Assembly (NCBI GenBank): GCA_963796805.1
Contig: CAWCNG010000015.1
Location: forward strand, 23,596-87,595
Origin: an uncultured Alphaproteobacteria bacterium
GTDB taxonomy: Bacteria > Pseudomonadota > Alphaproteobacteria > Rhodobacterales > Rhodobacteraceae
Direction: 5' to 3'
DNA: 64,000 nt
Position 1 is the stretch's first letter; the number at the start of each line of letters is the position of its first letter. The notes under the pieces are model-generated. The model was not told where the DNA came from. It saw only the letters and a program-made list of their open reading frames with translations, and made no database searches. The position numbers and the translations under genes were made by a program. Positions 10,233 through 20,101 of the stretch are shown here, one piece after another.

Positions 10233-10547
10233 TCAGATCGAGAAGGAGGTGCCGCAGCCGCAGGAGGAGGTGGCGTTGGGGTTCTTCACCACGAAGCGGG
10301 CGCCGATGAGCTCGTCGGAGAAGTCGATCTCGGCGTCGGCGAGGAAGGGGAGCGAGACCGGGTCGATGAGCACGCGGACGCCATCCTTTTCGAGGATGAG
10401 ATCGTCCGGGGCGGCCTCGTCGAGCTTGATGTCGTACTGGAAGCCGGAGCAGCCGCCGCCTTCCACGGCCACGCGCAGGGCGCCGCCGATCTCGGAGAGC
10501 CGGGCGAAGGCGCGGTCGGTGACGCGGGGGGGAATGGCGAGCTGCAT
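10233..10547 (-). CDS. erpA: A-type Fe-S cluster carrier (ErpA/IscA/HesB)
   Basis: GGGCSGFQY and [14 protein letters not shown]. Confidence 0.9.
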   Translation of the reverse strand: MQLAIPPRVTDRAFARLSEIGGALRVAVEGGGCSGFQYDIKLDEAAPDDLILEKDGVRVLIDPVSLPFLADAEIDFSDELIGARFVVKNPNATSSCGCGTSFSI

Positions 10548-10626
10548 CTTTTGACCCGTGAACGGATAGTCTAAGGCGGAAGGTAGGCGCGCAAGTGCCG
10601 CGAGACAAGTGACCGGACGGAGAGAG

Positions 10627-11784
10627 ATGGCCGCGCCCTTTGCCACATTGCCCGAGACGAGCCGCGGGCGGCTTTACCGGGAGGAGGAATCCGCGCACCG
10701 CTCGCCGTTCCAGCGCGACCGCGACCGGATCATCCATTCCAGCGCCTTCCGGCGGCTGAAGCACAAAACCCAGGTCTTCGTCGAGCACGAGGGCGACTAT
10801 TACCGCACGCGGCTGACCCACTCGGTGGAGGTGGCGCAGGTGGCGCGCACGCTGGCGCGGGTGCTGGAGCTGAACGAGGAGCTGGCCGAGGCGGTGGCGC
10901 TGGCGCACGACCTGGGGCATCCGCCGTTCGGGCATACCGGCGAGGATGCGCTGCAGGCGCTGATGGCGCCGCACGGCGGGTTCGACCACAACGCGCAGGC
11001 GATCAAGATCGTGACGCGGCTGGAGGCGCACTATGCCGACTTCGACGGGTTGAACCTGACCTGGGAGACGCTGGAGGGGATCGCCAAGCACAACGGGCCG
11101 GTGGTTGCGGACGTGGGGGGCGAGATGCCCTTCGCGCTGGCGGAGTATGACGCGCGGCATGACCTCGAGCTCGGGACGCATGCCAGTGCGGAGGCGCAAG
11201 TGGCGGCGATCTCGGATGACATCGCCTACAACAACCACGATCTGGCGGACGGGCTGCGGGCGGAGCTGTTCACGCTGGAGGATCTGCGGGGGTTGCCACT
11301 GATCGGGCCGTGCGTCGCCTCGGTCGACGCGCGCTGGCCGGGGCTGGCACCGGCGCGGCGGGAGCACGAGGCGCTGCGGCGGTTCTTCGGCCTGTTGGTC
11401 GAGGACGTGCTGGCCAGCAGCCAGGCGCGGATCGCGGCGGCGGCGCCGGCGAGTGCCGAGGACATCCGCGGGCTGGGGCGGCCGGTGATCCGCTTTTCCG
11501 ATGCCACCTTCGCCGAGCTGAAGGTGATCCGCGAGTTCCTCTACGTGCGGATGTACCGGCACTGGGCGGTTCAGCGGATGCGGCGCAAGGCGCGGCGGGT
11601 GGTGGAGGAGCTGTTCGTCACCTTCGCCGAGGCGCCGGAACTGATGCCGCAGGAGTGGAACGCCTGCGCCGAGCTCGACGCCACCGCTCGGGCGCGGGTG
11701 GTGGCGGACTACATCGCCGGGATGACCGACCGCTTCGCGCTGCAGGAGCACCGCAAGCTCAGCGACCCGATGGTTAAGGGGTGA
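10627..11784 (+). CDS. dgt: Deoxyguanosinetriphosphate triphosphohydrolase
   Basis: [41 protein letters not shown]. Confidence 0.95.
   Translation: MAAPFATLPETSRGRLYREEESAHRSPFQRDRDRIIHSSAFRRLKHKTQVFVEHEGDYYRTRLTHSVEVAQVARTLARVLELNEELAEAVALAHDLGHPPFGHTGEDALQALMAPHGGFDHNAQAIKIVTRLEAHYADFDGLNLTWETLEGIAKHNGPVVADVGGEMPFALAEYDARHDLELGTHASAEAQVAAISDDIAYNNHDLADGLRAELFTLEDLRGLPLIGPCVASVDARWPGLAPARREHEALRRFFGLLVEDVLASSQARIAAAAPASAEDIRGLGRPVIRFSDATFAELKVIREFLYVRMYRHWAVQRMRRKARRVVEELFVTFAEAPELMPQEWNACAELDATARARVVADYIAGMTDRFALQEHRKLSDPMVKG
11633..11784 (+). repeat. dgt 3'-end direct repeat, copy 1
   Basis: Near-identical to 13248-13397. Confidence 0.9.
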
Positions 11785-11848
11785 CGGCGCCCCGGCCTTG
11801 GCACAGCGTTCTTCGCCCTGAAGGGGGCACATGACTTCCACGGGAGCG

Positions 11849-12988
11849 TCAGGCGTAGCTGTGCCGGGGGGTGCGATCAACGAGCGCCTCCGCGGCCCTG
11901 AGCGCGGCCGAGGTCATGATGTCGAGGTTACCCGCGTATTCCGGCAGGTAGTGCGCCGCGCCCCGAACCTCAAGCAGGATCGTGACCTCGAGGCCGGTGG
12001 TTGGCGCAGCGATCTCGGCAAGAGGCAGTTTCCTGTTTCGGCCGATCGGCTCGATCGAGACCTCACGTTCGAGGCGGTAGCCCGGTACATACGACTGAAC
12101 CTCCGCCTGCATGCGCGCGATGCTGCCGCGGATCGCGCTCCGGTCGGCGCGCTCGCAGAGACAGACGATCCGTTCCCGCATGGCAGTGGGCGGTTCCGCG
12201 GGGTCCAGGACGATGGCGGCTCTGCCGTGCCGTGCACCCCCGATCAGTTCGATCGCCCGCGCCGTGGTCCTGATGAGTTCGTCGATGTTGGAGAGGGTGC
12301 CGTGGCCGGCGGATTTCGCGGCGATCCGAGCGACGAGTTCGCCCCAATACACCGGCGACACCCGTGCGACTGCCGCGATCATCGGGATCGCCGCCTGTGC
12401 GCCGCAGGTCACCATGTTGATGTTCGGGGCGTTGAGATGCTCGGAGAGGTTGATTGTCGGGATGCAAAACGGGCCGATTGCCGCCGGGGTGAGGTCGATC
12501 ACCCGCTTGCCGTCCGCGATCAGGATCTCGGAATGGCGGCGGTGGGCGCCGGCCGAGGTGGCGTCGAAGGCGATCTGGATATCGCCGTAGCCCGGGAGCG
12601 CGCGCAGTCCGGCGAGGCCCTCGTGGGTGGTGGCGATGCCCGTGCTCCGCGCCCGCCTAAGCCCCTCGCTTTCGGGGGTCCTGCCTACCATCGCGGCGCA
12701 GTGAAGGTTCCGCGACAACCGCTGGATCTTGACCATCAGGTCGATGCCGATGTTGCCCGGGCCGATAATGGCCGCGCAGACCTTGCCCGGGTGTCGCGCG
12801 ACACGCGGGGCAGGGTGGCGAAGGGGTGCCGAGATCGGGCCGGTGGCGGTTGGTCCTTCCTGCCAAGCGGACCGGGCATCACGCGCGCCCGCCGATTGCT
12901 CGTTTCGGCCATTGGAGCCGCCTGTTGCCTTGGCCGGCGGAGCGAGAGGCGCGGCCGCGAGGACGAACGAGTGACGGCTGAAAAGCAT
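11849..12988 (-). CDS. mhpF: Acetaldehyde dehydrogenase (acylating), MhpF/DmpF family; start uncertain
   Basis: AAIIGPGNIGIDL, FDATSA, IDLTPAAIGP, NMVTCG catalytic Cys, YAGNLDIMT. Confidence 0.85.
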   Translation of the reverse strand: MLFSRHSFVLAAAPLAPPAKATGGSNGRNEQSAGARDARSAWQEGPTATGPISAPLRHPAPRVARHPGKVCAAIIGPGNIGIDLMVKIQRLSRNLHCAAMVGRTPESEGLRRARSTGIATTHEGLAGLRALPGYGDIQIAFDATSAGAHRRHSEILIADGKRVIDLTPAAIGPFCIPTINLSEHLNAPNINMVTCGAQAAIPMIAAVARVSPVYWGELVARIAAKSAGHGTLSNIDELIRTTARAIELIGGARHGRAAIVLDPAEPPTAMRERIVCLCERADRSAIRGSIARMQAEVQSYVPGYRLEREVSIEPIGRNRKLPLAEIAAPTTGLEVTILLEVRGAAHYLPEYAGNLDIMTSAALRAAEALVDRTPRHSYA

Positions 12989-13247
12989 CCTAGGGTTCTC
13001 CATCCAATGATGAGCCCGTCGCACGGTGTTCAGTTAAAAGGTCAAAGGCTGAGCACGCGGATAAGTCGGAATATACGACTCGGGGTATTCTACCACTTCC
13101 CTTGCGATTTGACTACACGTCTCACGAGTGACCAGGCACCGCGCCGCACGGCGTTCTCGTGACAGACTGGCCGGAGCCTTTGTCGCAAACATAGGGTGCG
13201 ATTCTCGATGGCAGCGAGGAAGGCCGACAGGCGATACTGCGTCTGAT

Positions 13248-13397
13248 CGCCGGAGCTGACGCCGCAGGATTGAATGCCTGCGCACACTCGACGCCACGGC
13301 GCGGGCGCGGGTGGTGGCGGACTACATCGCCGGGATGACCGACCGCTTCGCGCTGCAGGAGCACCGCAAGCTCAGTGACCCGATGGTGAAGGGCTAG
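13248..13397 (+). repeat. dgt 3'-end direct repeat, copy 2 (gene fragment ending GTG AAG GGC TAG)
   Basis: Encodes ...[35 protein letters not shown]; 5' part degenerate. Confidence 0.9.
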
Positions 13398-13398
13398 C

Positions 13399-15370
13399 TC
13401 AGAAGATGCGCAGCGACGGGTCGCGCACGTAGCGCAGGTAGGCGCGGACCCGGCGGACGCCGCCCCGGTCGGCGAACATTTTCTCGGCCTCCTCGTCGGA
13501 AATGAAGGGCAGGACCACGGTGTCGTCGCCGGGCCGCCAGTTCGCCGGCGTGGCGACGCGGTAGCGGGCGGAGAGCTGGAGCGCGTCGAGGACCCGCAGG
13601 ATCTCGTCGAAGTTGCGGCCGACGTAGGCGGGGTAGGTGAGGATCAGCTCGACCCGCTTCTGCGGCGAGATGATGAAGACGCTGCGGACGGTCATCGTCT
13701 CGCCGAGGCCCGTCCCGTGCTGGAAGGTGGTGGCGTCGAGCATCCCGAAGAGCATCGAGATGCGGCGGTCCTTGTCGGCGATGATCGGGAAGTTGACGCG
13801 GGTGTGCTGGGTCTCGTTGATGTCGGCGATCCAGCGCGCGTGGTCCTCGGGGCCGTCGACGCTGAGGCCGATGACCTTGGTGCCGCGCCTCGCCCATTCG
13901 TCCTCGAGCCGGGCGGTGACGCCGAACTCGGTGGTGCAGACGGGGGTGAAGTCGGACGGGTGCGAGAAGAGGACGCACCAGCCGTCGCCGATGAACTCGT
14001 GGAAGCGGAGCGTCCCCCGGCTGGTGCGGGCGGTGAAGTCCGGGACGGTGTCGCCGATGCGGATGAAGCCCTGTTTGCGCAGCTGCTCCTGGGTGGTGGT
14101 AAAGGCGGCGTCCGGGCCGGCGTAGGCATATTCGAAGTCTTCCTCCGCCGCCTCGTCGGGGGCGGGGAGCAAGGTCTGGTACTCGTGGTCGAGGATCTTC
14201 ACCGTGCGTTTTCGGACGGTGCCGGCGAAGGCGAGGGTGCCGTCCGGCTGGCGCACCAGCGGCAGGTCGAAGCGGAAGCTGTTGTCGGCGAGGAACGCCT
14301 CCTCGGCCGGGGTGTCCTTCCGGTGCAGGATCTTGTTGCGGTGGGGAAAGCGGCCGAAGCGCATGATGACCGCAAGGTGGCGGTGGAAGATCTCGTGGAA
14401 GGCGTTGAGCGGGTCGTCGGGCGCGAGGTCCTCCATGGCGCGGCCCCATTCCTCCATGCACAGGTGCTGGTCCTCGAGGGACTCGGAATGGGTGAGCGCA
14501 AGGCAGAGAAAGACCTGCTCGACCGGGCGGAGGCGCCGGGCAACGCCGACGCGGAGGCCGCGGCGGACCAGCGCGAGGCAGCGCGGATCGCACTCGTACA
14601 TCTGCGCGGTTTCGCGGTACATGTTGCGGCGGAACTGGTCGAGCATGATGACGAGCGCGACGAGGAGCCGCGGGTGCTCGAGGTTGAGCGCCCAGTGGTC
14701 GTAGTGGCCGCGGGACGCGAGCGCCACCTCGGCGCCGAATTGGTCCCAGAATCTCCTGGTCGGTCGCCTCGATCTTGCCGAACCAGAGGTCGAGGCATTC
14801 CTCCATGCTGGGACGAAGCATGTAGGCGAGCACTTCCTCGGCCTTGTCGACCTCGCCGGCGGCGATCTGGAAGTGCTCGATCTGCAGCAGCATGCGAAGC
14901 TCGCGCTGGAGGGTTTCCATCTCGGGGGCGGAGAGGGCGGACTGCTCGTCGAGGCCGGCGAGGATGACGTGCAGCCACTGCTGGATGCGATGCCCGGTAC
15001 CGGGGTCGATCCGCGCGATGCGCTCGTTTGTCTGGCGCAGGCGGCGGACCAGGGTCCGCATCAGCTGGGCCGCGCGTTCCGGGTCGGATCGACCGGGCGC
15101 GATGAGGTCGTCGTAGCTGGTGGCGGCGCACTCGACGTCGGTGAGGGCGCGGACGGTGGCGGAGCGGGGGCCGGGCTCGATCAGGCTCATCTCGCCGAAG
15201 ACGTCGCCGGCGCCGAGGGTCCCGAGGATCTTCGCTTGGGTGCCCTGGCCGACGCTGACCTCGACGGAGCCGGAGACGATGACGAAGGCGGTGTCGCCGG
15301 CCTCACCCTGGGCGAGGATCGTGTCCCCGGCGCGGAACGTGACGGTCTGCAGCGGAGGGATCCCGGACAG
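13399..15370 (-). CDS. Fusion: cNMP-binding domain + DUF924 + 1-Cys peroxiredoxin (Prx6); one frameshift at ~14750; no ATG/GTG/TTG start seen
   Basis: FRAGDTILAQGEAGDTAFVIVSGSVEV...GDVFGEMSLIEPGPRSATVRA; LDQFRRNMYR/THSE/RFGRFPHRN; FSHPSDFTPVCTTE, YPAYVGRNFDEILR. Confidence 0.75.
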
Positions 15371-15445
15371 GCGGCGAATCCCAGGAGACTACGCGATTTC
15401 GCCAGTGCTTGCACTCGCCGCCGTGCGCGGGGTATCAGGCCGCGC

Positions 15446-15521
15446 GGGCGATTAGCTCAGTTGGTAGAGCGCCTCGTTTACACCGAGGATGTCGGCGGTT
15501 CGAGTCCGTCATCGCCCACCA
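15446..15521 (+). tRNA. tRNA-Val (TAC)
   Basis: GGGCGATTAGCTCAGTTGGTAGAGC; anticodon arm CCTCG-TTTACAC-CGAGG; GGTTCGAGTCC; CCA end. Confidence 0.97.
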
Positions 15522-16825
15522 TCGGCCGCGGTGACCCGCCAGACGGCGTTGCCCACGTCGTCGGCCACGAGGAGGCCGCCGTCCTTGTCGACGACGACGC
15601 CTGCGGGCCGGCCGCGGGCCTCGCCCGAAGCATCGAGGAATCCGGTCAGAACCGGTACGGGCAGGCCGACCGGGCGCCCGCCGCGGAAGGGCACGAAGAT
15701 CACCTGGTAGCCATAGCGGGGCGTGCGGTTCCAGGAGCCGTGCTGGCCGATGAAGGCGCCGTCCGCAAAGCGCGGGCCGAGCCGGGCGCCGTCGGCGAAG
15801 GCGAGGCCGAGCGGCGCGCCGTGCGGCCCGAGCGCATAGTCGGGCACGCGGGCGTGGCGGACGAGGTCGGGCCGCTGCGGTGTGACCCGGGGGTCGAGAT
15901 GCCCGCCGTAGTAGCTGTAGGGCCAGCCGTAGAAGCTGCCCGAGCGAACGGAGGTGAGATAGTCCGGCACGAGGTCGCCGCCGAGTTCGTCGCGCTCGTT
16001 CGCCACGGTCCAGAGCGCTCCCGTGCGGGGTTCGAAGTCCATGCCGACGGGGTTGCGGAGGCCGGAGGCGAAAAGCTTTCCCTTTCCGGTTGCAGGGTCG
16101 AAGGCCCAGATGGCGGCGCGCCCCGTCTCGGCGTCCATCCCGTTCTCGCCATGGTCGCTGTTGGAGCCGACGGAAACGAAGAGGGTGCGGCCGTCCGGGC
16201 TCGCCACCAGTCCCTTGGTCCAGTGGTGGTTGATGGAGCCGGCCGGCAGCGAGGCGACGCGGACGGGGGGCTCGGTTATCTGCGCCTCACCGGGGTGATA
16301 GGGCAGGCGGAGGAGAGCGTCGGTGTCGGCGACGTATAGATCGTCGCCCAGGAGCTGCATGCCGAAGGGCGAGGTGAGGCCGGACAGGAATACCGAGCGG
16401 GTCTCCGCGATGCCGTCGCCGTCCGCGTCGCGCAGGAGGATGATGCGGTCGGGGCTAGGCGTCTCGGCGCCTGCCACGGTCTGGGCCAGCTTCATCGCCA
16501 CGTCGCGGATCGACTTGGGACGGCTCGGCTGCGCGTTCGACTCGGCCACCAGCACGTCGCCGTTGGGCAGGACGTAGATCCAGCGCGGATGATCGAGGTC
16601 GCGCGCGAAGGCAGTGACCCGCAGTCCCGGGGCGGGGGTGGGCGTGGCGTCCGCGGGCCAGCCCCGGGCGGGCGCCACGGCGACCGTCGGAATCGCGGCG
16701 CGGCTGGGGACGGGGAGCGTTGGGCTCGGGCCGGTTCCGGCAGCGGGTTGAAGGCGGCTGTTGTTCGCGCAGCCGGCGGCGAAGATCGCCGGGGCCAGCA
16801 TCAGTGCCGCAAGTAGGGTGCGCAT
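15509..16825 (-). CDS. Sorbosone dehydrogenase family (PQQ-dependent sugar dehydrogenase) lipoprotein
   Basis: Lipobox AAGC; NHHWTK, SVGSNS, SGLRNPVG, VANERDELG, GQHGSWNR. Confidence 0.9.
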   Translation of the reverse strand: MRTLLAALMLAPAIFAAGCANNSRLQPAAGTGPSPTLPVPSRAAIPTVAVAPARGWPADATPTPAPGLRVTAFARDLDHPRWIYVLPNGDVLVAESNAQPSRPKSIRDVAMKLAQTVAGAETPSPDRIILLRDADGDGIAETRSVFLSGLTSPFGMQLLGDDLYVADTDALLRLPYHPGEAQITEPPVRVASLPAGSINHHWTKGLVASPDGRTLFVSVGSNSDHGENGMDAETGRAAIWAFDPATGKGKLFASGLRNPVGMDFEPRTGALWTVANERDELGGDLVPDYLTSVRSGSFYGWPYSYYGGHLDPRVTPQRPDLVRHARVPDYALGPHGAPLGLAFADGARLGPRFADGAFIGQHGSWNRTPRYGYQVIFVPFRGGRPVGLPVPVLTGFLDASGEARGRPAGVVVDKDGGLLVADDVGNAVWRVTAADGGR

Positions 16826-16856
16826 GGAGTCCACCGCGTCGCCTCGACATCGAGCA

Positions 16857-16881
16857 AACGCCGGTCGATCGTGAGGGTTGC
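16857..16881 (-). promoter_or_regulatory. Possible EcfG/RpoE2-type stress promoter (GCAAC-N16-CGTT)
   Basis: One mismatch to GGAAC-N16/17-CGTT, ~30 nt upstream of the sorbosone dehydrogenase start. Confidence 0.3.
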
Positions 16882-16912
16882 GGTCCGGCCGAAAGGGCCG
16901 GGGGACGGGCCT

Positions 16913-17149
16913 CTACTCGCGCTTGCCGCCGCTCATGCGGGCGAAGGCGTCGAACATCTGCTCGAAGCCCTTGAGGTTGGCGGGGAGCCAGGTTTTGAGC
17001 ATCTCGGCGGGATCCATGGCCTTGAGGCTGGCCGACATCCGTTCCTGAAGGTCGGCCATCAGCCGGTCCTGCATCGGCCTGACGTCGGGCAGCCCGAGGA
17101 AGGCGCGTCCCTCCTCGGGGGTGCAGTCGACCTCGATGGTGATCTTCAA
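16913..17149 (-). CDS. DUF6489 family small protein
   Basis: MKITIEVDCTPEEGRAFLGLPDVRPMQ. Confidence 0.8.
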   Translation of the reverse strand: MKITIEVDCTPEEGRAFLGLPDVRPMQDRLMADLQERMSASLKAMDPAEMLKTWLPANLKGFEQMFDAFARMSGGKRE

Positions 17150-17159
17150 GCGCGGCGCC

Positions 17160-17969
17160 TCAGAAGAGGTAGCTCACGCCGAACAGCGGGCCCTGGATGT
17201 CGATGTCGAGCGCGGCGCGGTCGGTGACCTGCTTCTGGATCGAGACGTAGCGGTAGCCGAGGGTGCCCGCCCAGTGATCGCTGAAGGCGTAGTTGGCGCC
17301 GCCGTAGAGCTCCCAGCTCTGGTCGTTGGCGCCGTCGAAGCCGCCGTAGTCGGCGAAGCCGTGCAGCGACCAGCGGTCGTTGATGTTGTAGCCGCCGCGC
17401 AGGCCGATGATGGCGTCGGTCCAGCTCAGGTCCTTGGTGAAGGTGCGGCCGAGGCGGGTGGCGTCGAGCTTGAACTCGATGCTGGTGTCGAAATAGCGCG
17501 CACCGCCGTAGACGTCGACGTAGGCCTTGGGGTCTTCGTGGACTCGGTAGGAGAGCGCGGCGGTGTAGAAGCCGAGCTTGGTATCGGTTTGGGTGCGGAC
17601 GCGGTTCTGCACCCATTCGCCATCGGTTCCGAGTTTGGCGTAGACGGCGTCGAGCAGAATGCCGAACTTGTCCTTGCGGAACTGGGCGCTGCCCATGAAC
17701 GCCATGTCGAGGGCCGAGAGCACGTCGTTGGTGTCGAGGTCGACGAGCGGCTGGCCGTCGGGGCCTTCCTGGGAGCCGTTGATCGCTGGGATCCAGGCGT
17801 AGATCGTGGCCTGGCCGGACCAGCCCGTGGTCCAGTCGGGGACCGGGGCGGGCGCGGGCGCGACTACCACCGGGGCGGGCGCGGTGGCGGGGGCCGGCGC
17901 GGTCTGGGCCGACGCCGATGCGGCGGCTAAGGCGCTGATCGCGGCGCTGGTGAGAATTGCGGCTCGCAT
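17160..17969 (-). CDS. Outer-membrane beta-barrel protein
   Basis: Signal peptide, Pro/Ala linker, amphipathic beta strands, C-terminal GPLFGVSYLF. Confidence 0.75.
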   Translation of the reverse strand: MRAAILTSAAISALAAASASAQTAPAPATAPAPVVVAPAPAPVPDWTTGWSGQATIYAWIPAINGSQEGPDGQPLVDLDTNDVLSALDMAFMGSAQFRKDKFGILLDAVYAKLGTDGEWVQNRVRTQTDTKLGFYTAALSYRVHEDPKAYVDVYGGARYFDTSIEFKLDATRLGRTFTKDLSWTDAIIGLRGGYNINDRWSLHGFADYGGFDGANDQSWELYGGANYAFSDHWAGTLGYRYVSIQKQVTDRAALDIDIQGPLFGVSYLF

Positions 17970-18022
17970 GGGTCTGGCTCCTCGAAGGTTGCGGCGAAAT
18001 GACGCTCGCGGCCCGGTGTTTG

Positions 18023-19573
18023 TCAATAGTCCGTGGGCGCGCCGCCCTCGCGCTTGCGGCGGGCGACGAAGGCGGCGAGCTCGTCGCGGATGGCTTCGTC
18101 CATGGGCGGGGGCTCGTATTCGGCGAGGATCGCCTTCCAGATGCGGTTGGCGCGCTGCTCGGTGGTGGGGGAGCCGGCCTCGGCCCAGGCTTCGTAGTTG
18201 CGCCAGTCGCTGAGGAAGGGGGCGTAGAAGGCCGTGGTGTAGCGGCCCTGGGTGTGCTCGGCGCCGAAGAAGTGGCCGTGCGGGCCGACAGCGGCGATGG
18301 CGTCGACGGCGAGGGACTCGGGCGAGGCGTCGGTGAGGGCGGGCTCGAAGTAGCGTTGGATCTGCTGGAGGACCTCGCAGTCCATGACGAACTTCTCGTA
18401 GGAGGCGATGAGCCCGCCTTCGAGCCATCCGGCGGCGTGGTAGACGAGGTTCACACCGGACTGCACCGCCGCCCAGAGCGAGTTCATGCTCTCCCACATG
18501 GCCTGGCCGTCCGGGGCGTTGGAGGCGCAGGCGTTGGAGGCGCGCAGGGGCAAGCCGTAGAAGCGGGCCATCTGGCCGGTCATCTGGGTGGCGCGCATGT
18601 ATTCCGGCGTGCCGAAGGCGGGGGCGCCGGACTTCATGTCCACGTTGGAGGTGAAGCTGCCGATCATGCAGGGGACGCCGGGGCGGATGAGCTGGAGGAG
18701 CGCGACGGCGGCGAGGGCCTCGGCGACGGAGAGGACGACGGCGCCGGCCATGGTGACCGGGGCCATGGCGCCGGCAAGCGTGAAGGGGGTGACGATGACG
18801 GGCTGGCCGCGACGGGCGAAGCGCATGGCCCCGTCGAGCATGGGGAAGTCGTGCTTGAGCGGCGAGGACGAGTTGATGTTGGTGAAGAGGCGTGGCTGGC
18901 GCTCGAATTCGGCCTGGGGGAGGCCGGAGGCGATGCGGGCCATTGCGATCACGTCCTCGACCCGCTCGGGGCCGAGGCTGTAGGCGTGCACGACCTTGTC
19001 GGTGAGGGTGAGCTTTTCGAACAGGCAGTCGAGGTGGCGGACCGAGGGGTGGATGTCTACCGGCTCCACGGGATAGCCGCCGGCGATGTGGATACAGTTG
19101 AAGTACTGCGTCAGCCGCATGAAGTTCTTGAAGTCCTCCATGTTGCCGACGCGGCGGCCGCGGTCGAGGTCCATGGCGTTGGGCGGCGAGGAGACGTTGA
19201 CGAAGCACATGTGGCCGCCGCCCATGGTCACCCGGCGGTCGGGGTTGCGCGGGGTGATGTCGAACCGGTGCGGGGCCTTGGCCACCTGCTCCATGACGAA
19301 GGCGCGGTCCATTCGGACGGTGGCCCCGTCCACGCGGCAGCCGGCGGCGGCGAGGATCGCGCAGGCCTCCGGGTGGAGGAAGTCGATGCCGGTCTCCTCG
19401 AGCACGCGCATGGCGGCGTCGTGGATGGCGGCGACGCCTTCCGGGGGGAGGGGCTCGGTGGGGCGGTCGGGGTTGAGCGGGATGCGCCAAGGCATCTGGC
19501 GGATCGCCTGGGCGGCGGTATCCCGGGCGTGACCGGCGTGGCCGCCGCCACGGCTTCTCCTGCGCTCCGACAT
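18023..19573 (-). CDS. Trimethylamine methyltransferase family (MttB, non-pyrrolysine)
   Basis: NINSSSPL, TPFTLAGAMAPVT, DMKSGAPAFGTPE, HAAGWLEGG; no internal TAG. Confidence 0.92.
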   Translation of the reverse strand: MSERRRSRGGGHAGHARDTAAQAIRQMPWRIPLNPDRPTEPLPPEGVAAIHDAAMRVLEETGIDFLHPEACAILAAAGCRVDGATVRMDRAFVMEQVAKAPHRFDITPRNPDRRVTMGGGHMCFVNVSSPPNAMDLDRGRRVGNMEDFKNFMRLTQYFNCIHIAGGYPVEPVDIHPSVRHLDCLFEKLTLTDKVVHAYSLGPERVEDVIAMARIASGLPQAEFERQPRLFTNINSSSPLKHDFPMLDGAMRFARRGQPVIVTPFTLAGAMAPVTMAGAVVLSVAEALAAVALLQLIRPGVPCMIGSFTSNVDMKSGAPAFGTPEYMRATQMTGQMARFYGLPLRASNACASNAPDGQAMWESMNSLWAAVQSGVNLVYHAAGWLEGGLIASYEKFVMDCEVLQQIQRYFEPALTDASPESLAVDAIAAVGPHGHFFGAEHTQGRYTTAFYAPFLSDWRNYEAWAEAGSPTTEQRANRIWKAILAEYEPPPMDEAIRDELAAFVARRKREGGAPTDY

Positions 19574-19644
19574 CGCTGCCCGTCCTCCGCTGCCGCAACC
19601 ATGCATACCCCGCCGGCGTAGTAAACGGAACGGTGGAGGACAGG

Positions 19645-20017
19645 ATGGAGCGTGAGGGCGGATGCCGCTGCGGCAGGGTGCGCTACAAGGTACAGGGCGA
19701 GCCGAGCGTGGTCGGGCTCTGCCACTGCGCGGACTGCCGCAAGGAAACCGGCGGCCTCTTTCTCGCCTATGCCGATTGGCCGGTCGGGCGGTTCTCCGTC
19801 AGCGGGCCGTTCGCGACCTGGGGTGGACGGAGCTTCTGCCCGGTCTGCGGGTCGCGGCTGTTTCATCTGAGCGAGACGGAGGCGGAGATCCTGGTCGGAT
19901 CGCTGGATGCGGCGCCGGCGGGGCTCAGGCCGTCGCGCGAGATCTGGGTGCGCCGGCGCAGAGTCTTGGCTGGAACCGGTGGCGGGGGCGGAGCAATTCG
20001 ACAGGGATGGCAACTGA
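19645..20017 (+). CDS. GFA/CENP-V family protein (frameshift ~19960)
   Basis: GGCRCG, CHCADCRK, FCPVCGS; native tail ESWLEPVAGAEQFDRDGN* in another frame. Confidence 0.8.
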
Positions 20018-20101
20018 GGCTGCCGGGGAGCGCAACGACGTTGGCCGCGCGCGCCGCGGGATGCTAGGATCAGACCGACCTGTCCGGAGACAGAGGCGGC
20101 G

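Noticed and set aside
10627-11784. Anti-phage dGTPase defence system
   Set aside because: Short housekeeping-type dgt divergent from erpA, the usual core arrangement
18023-19573. Pyrrolysine-containing MttB
   Set aside because: No in-frame TAG and no pyl genes; the common non-Pyl type
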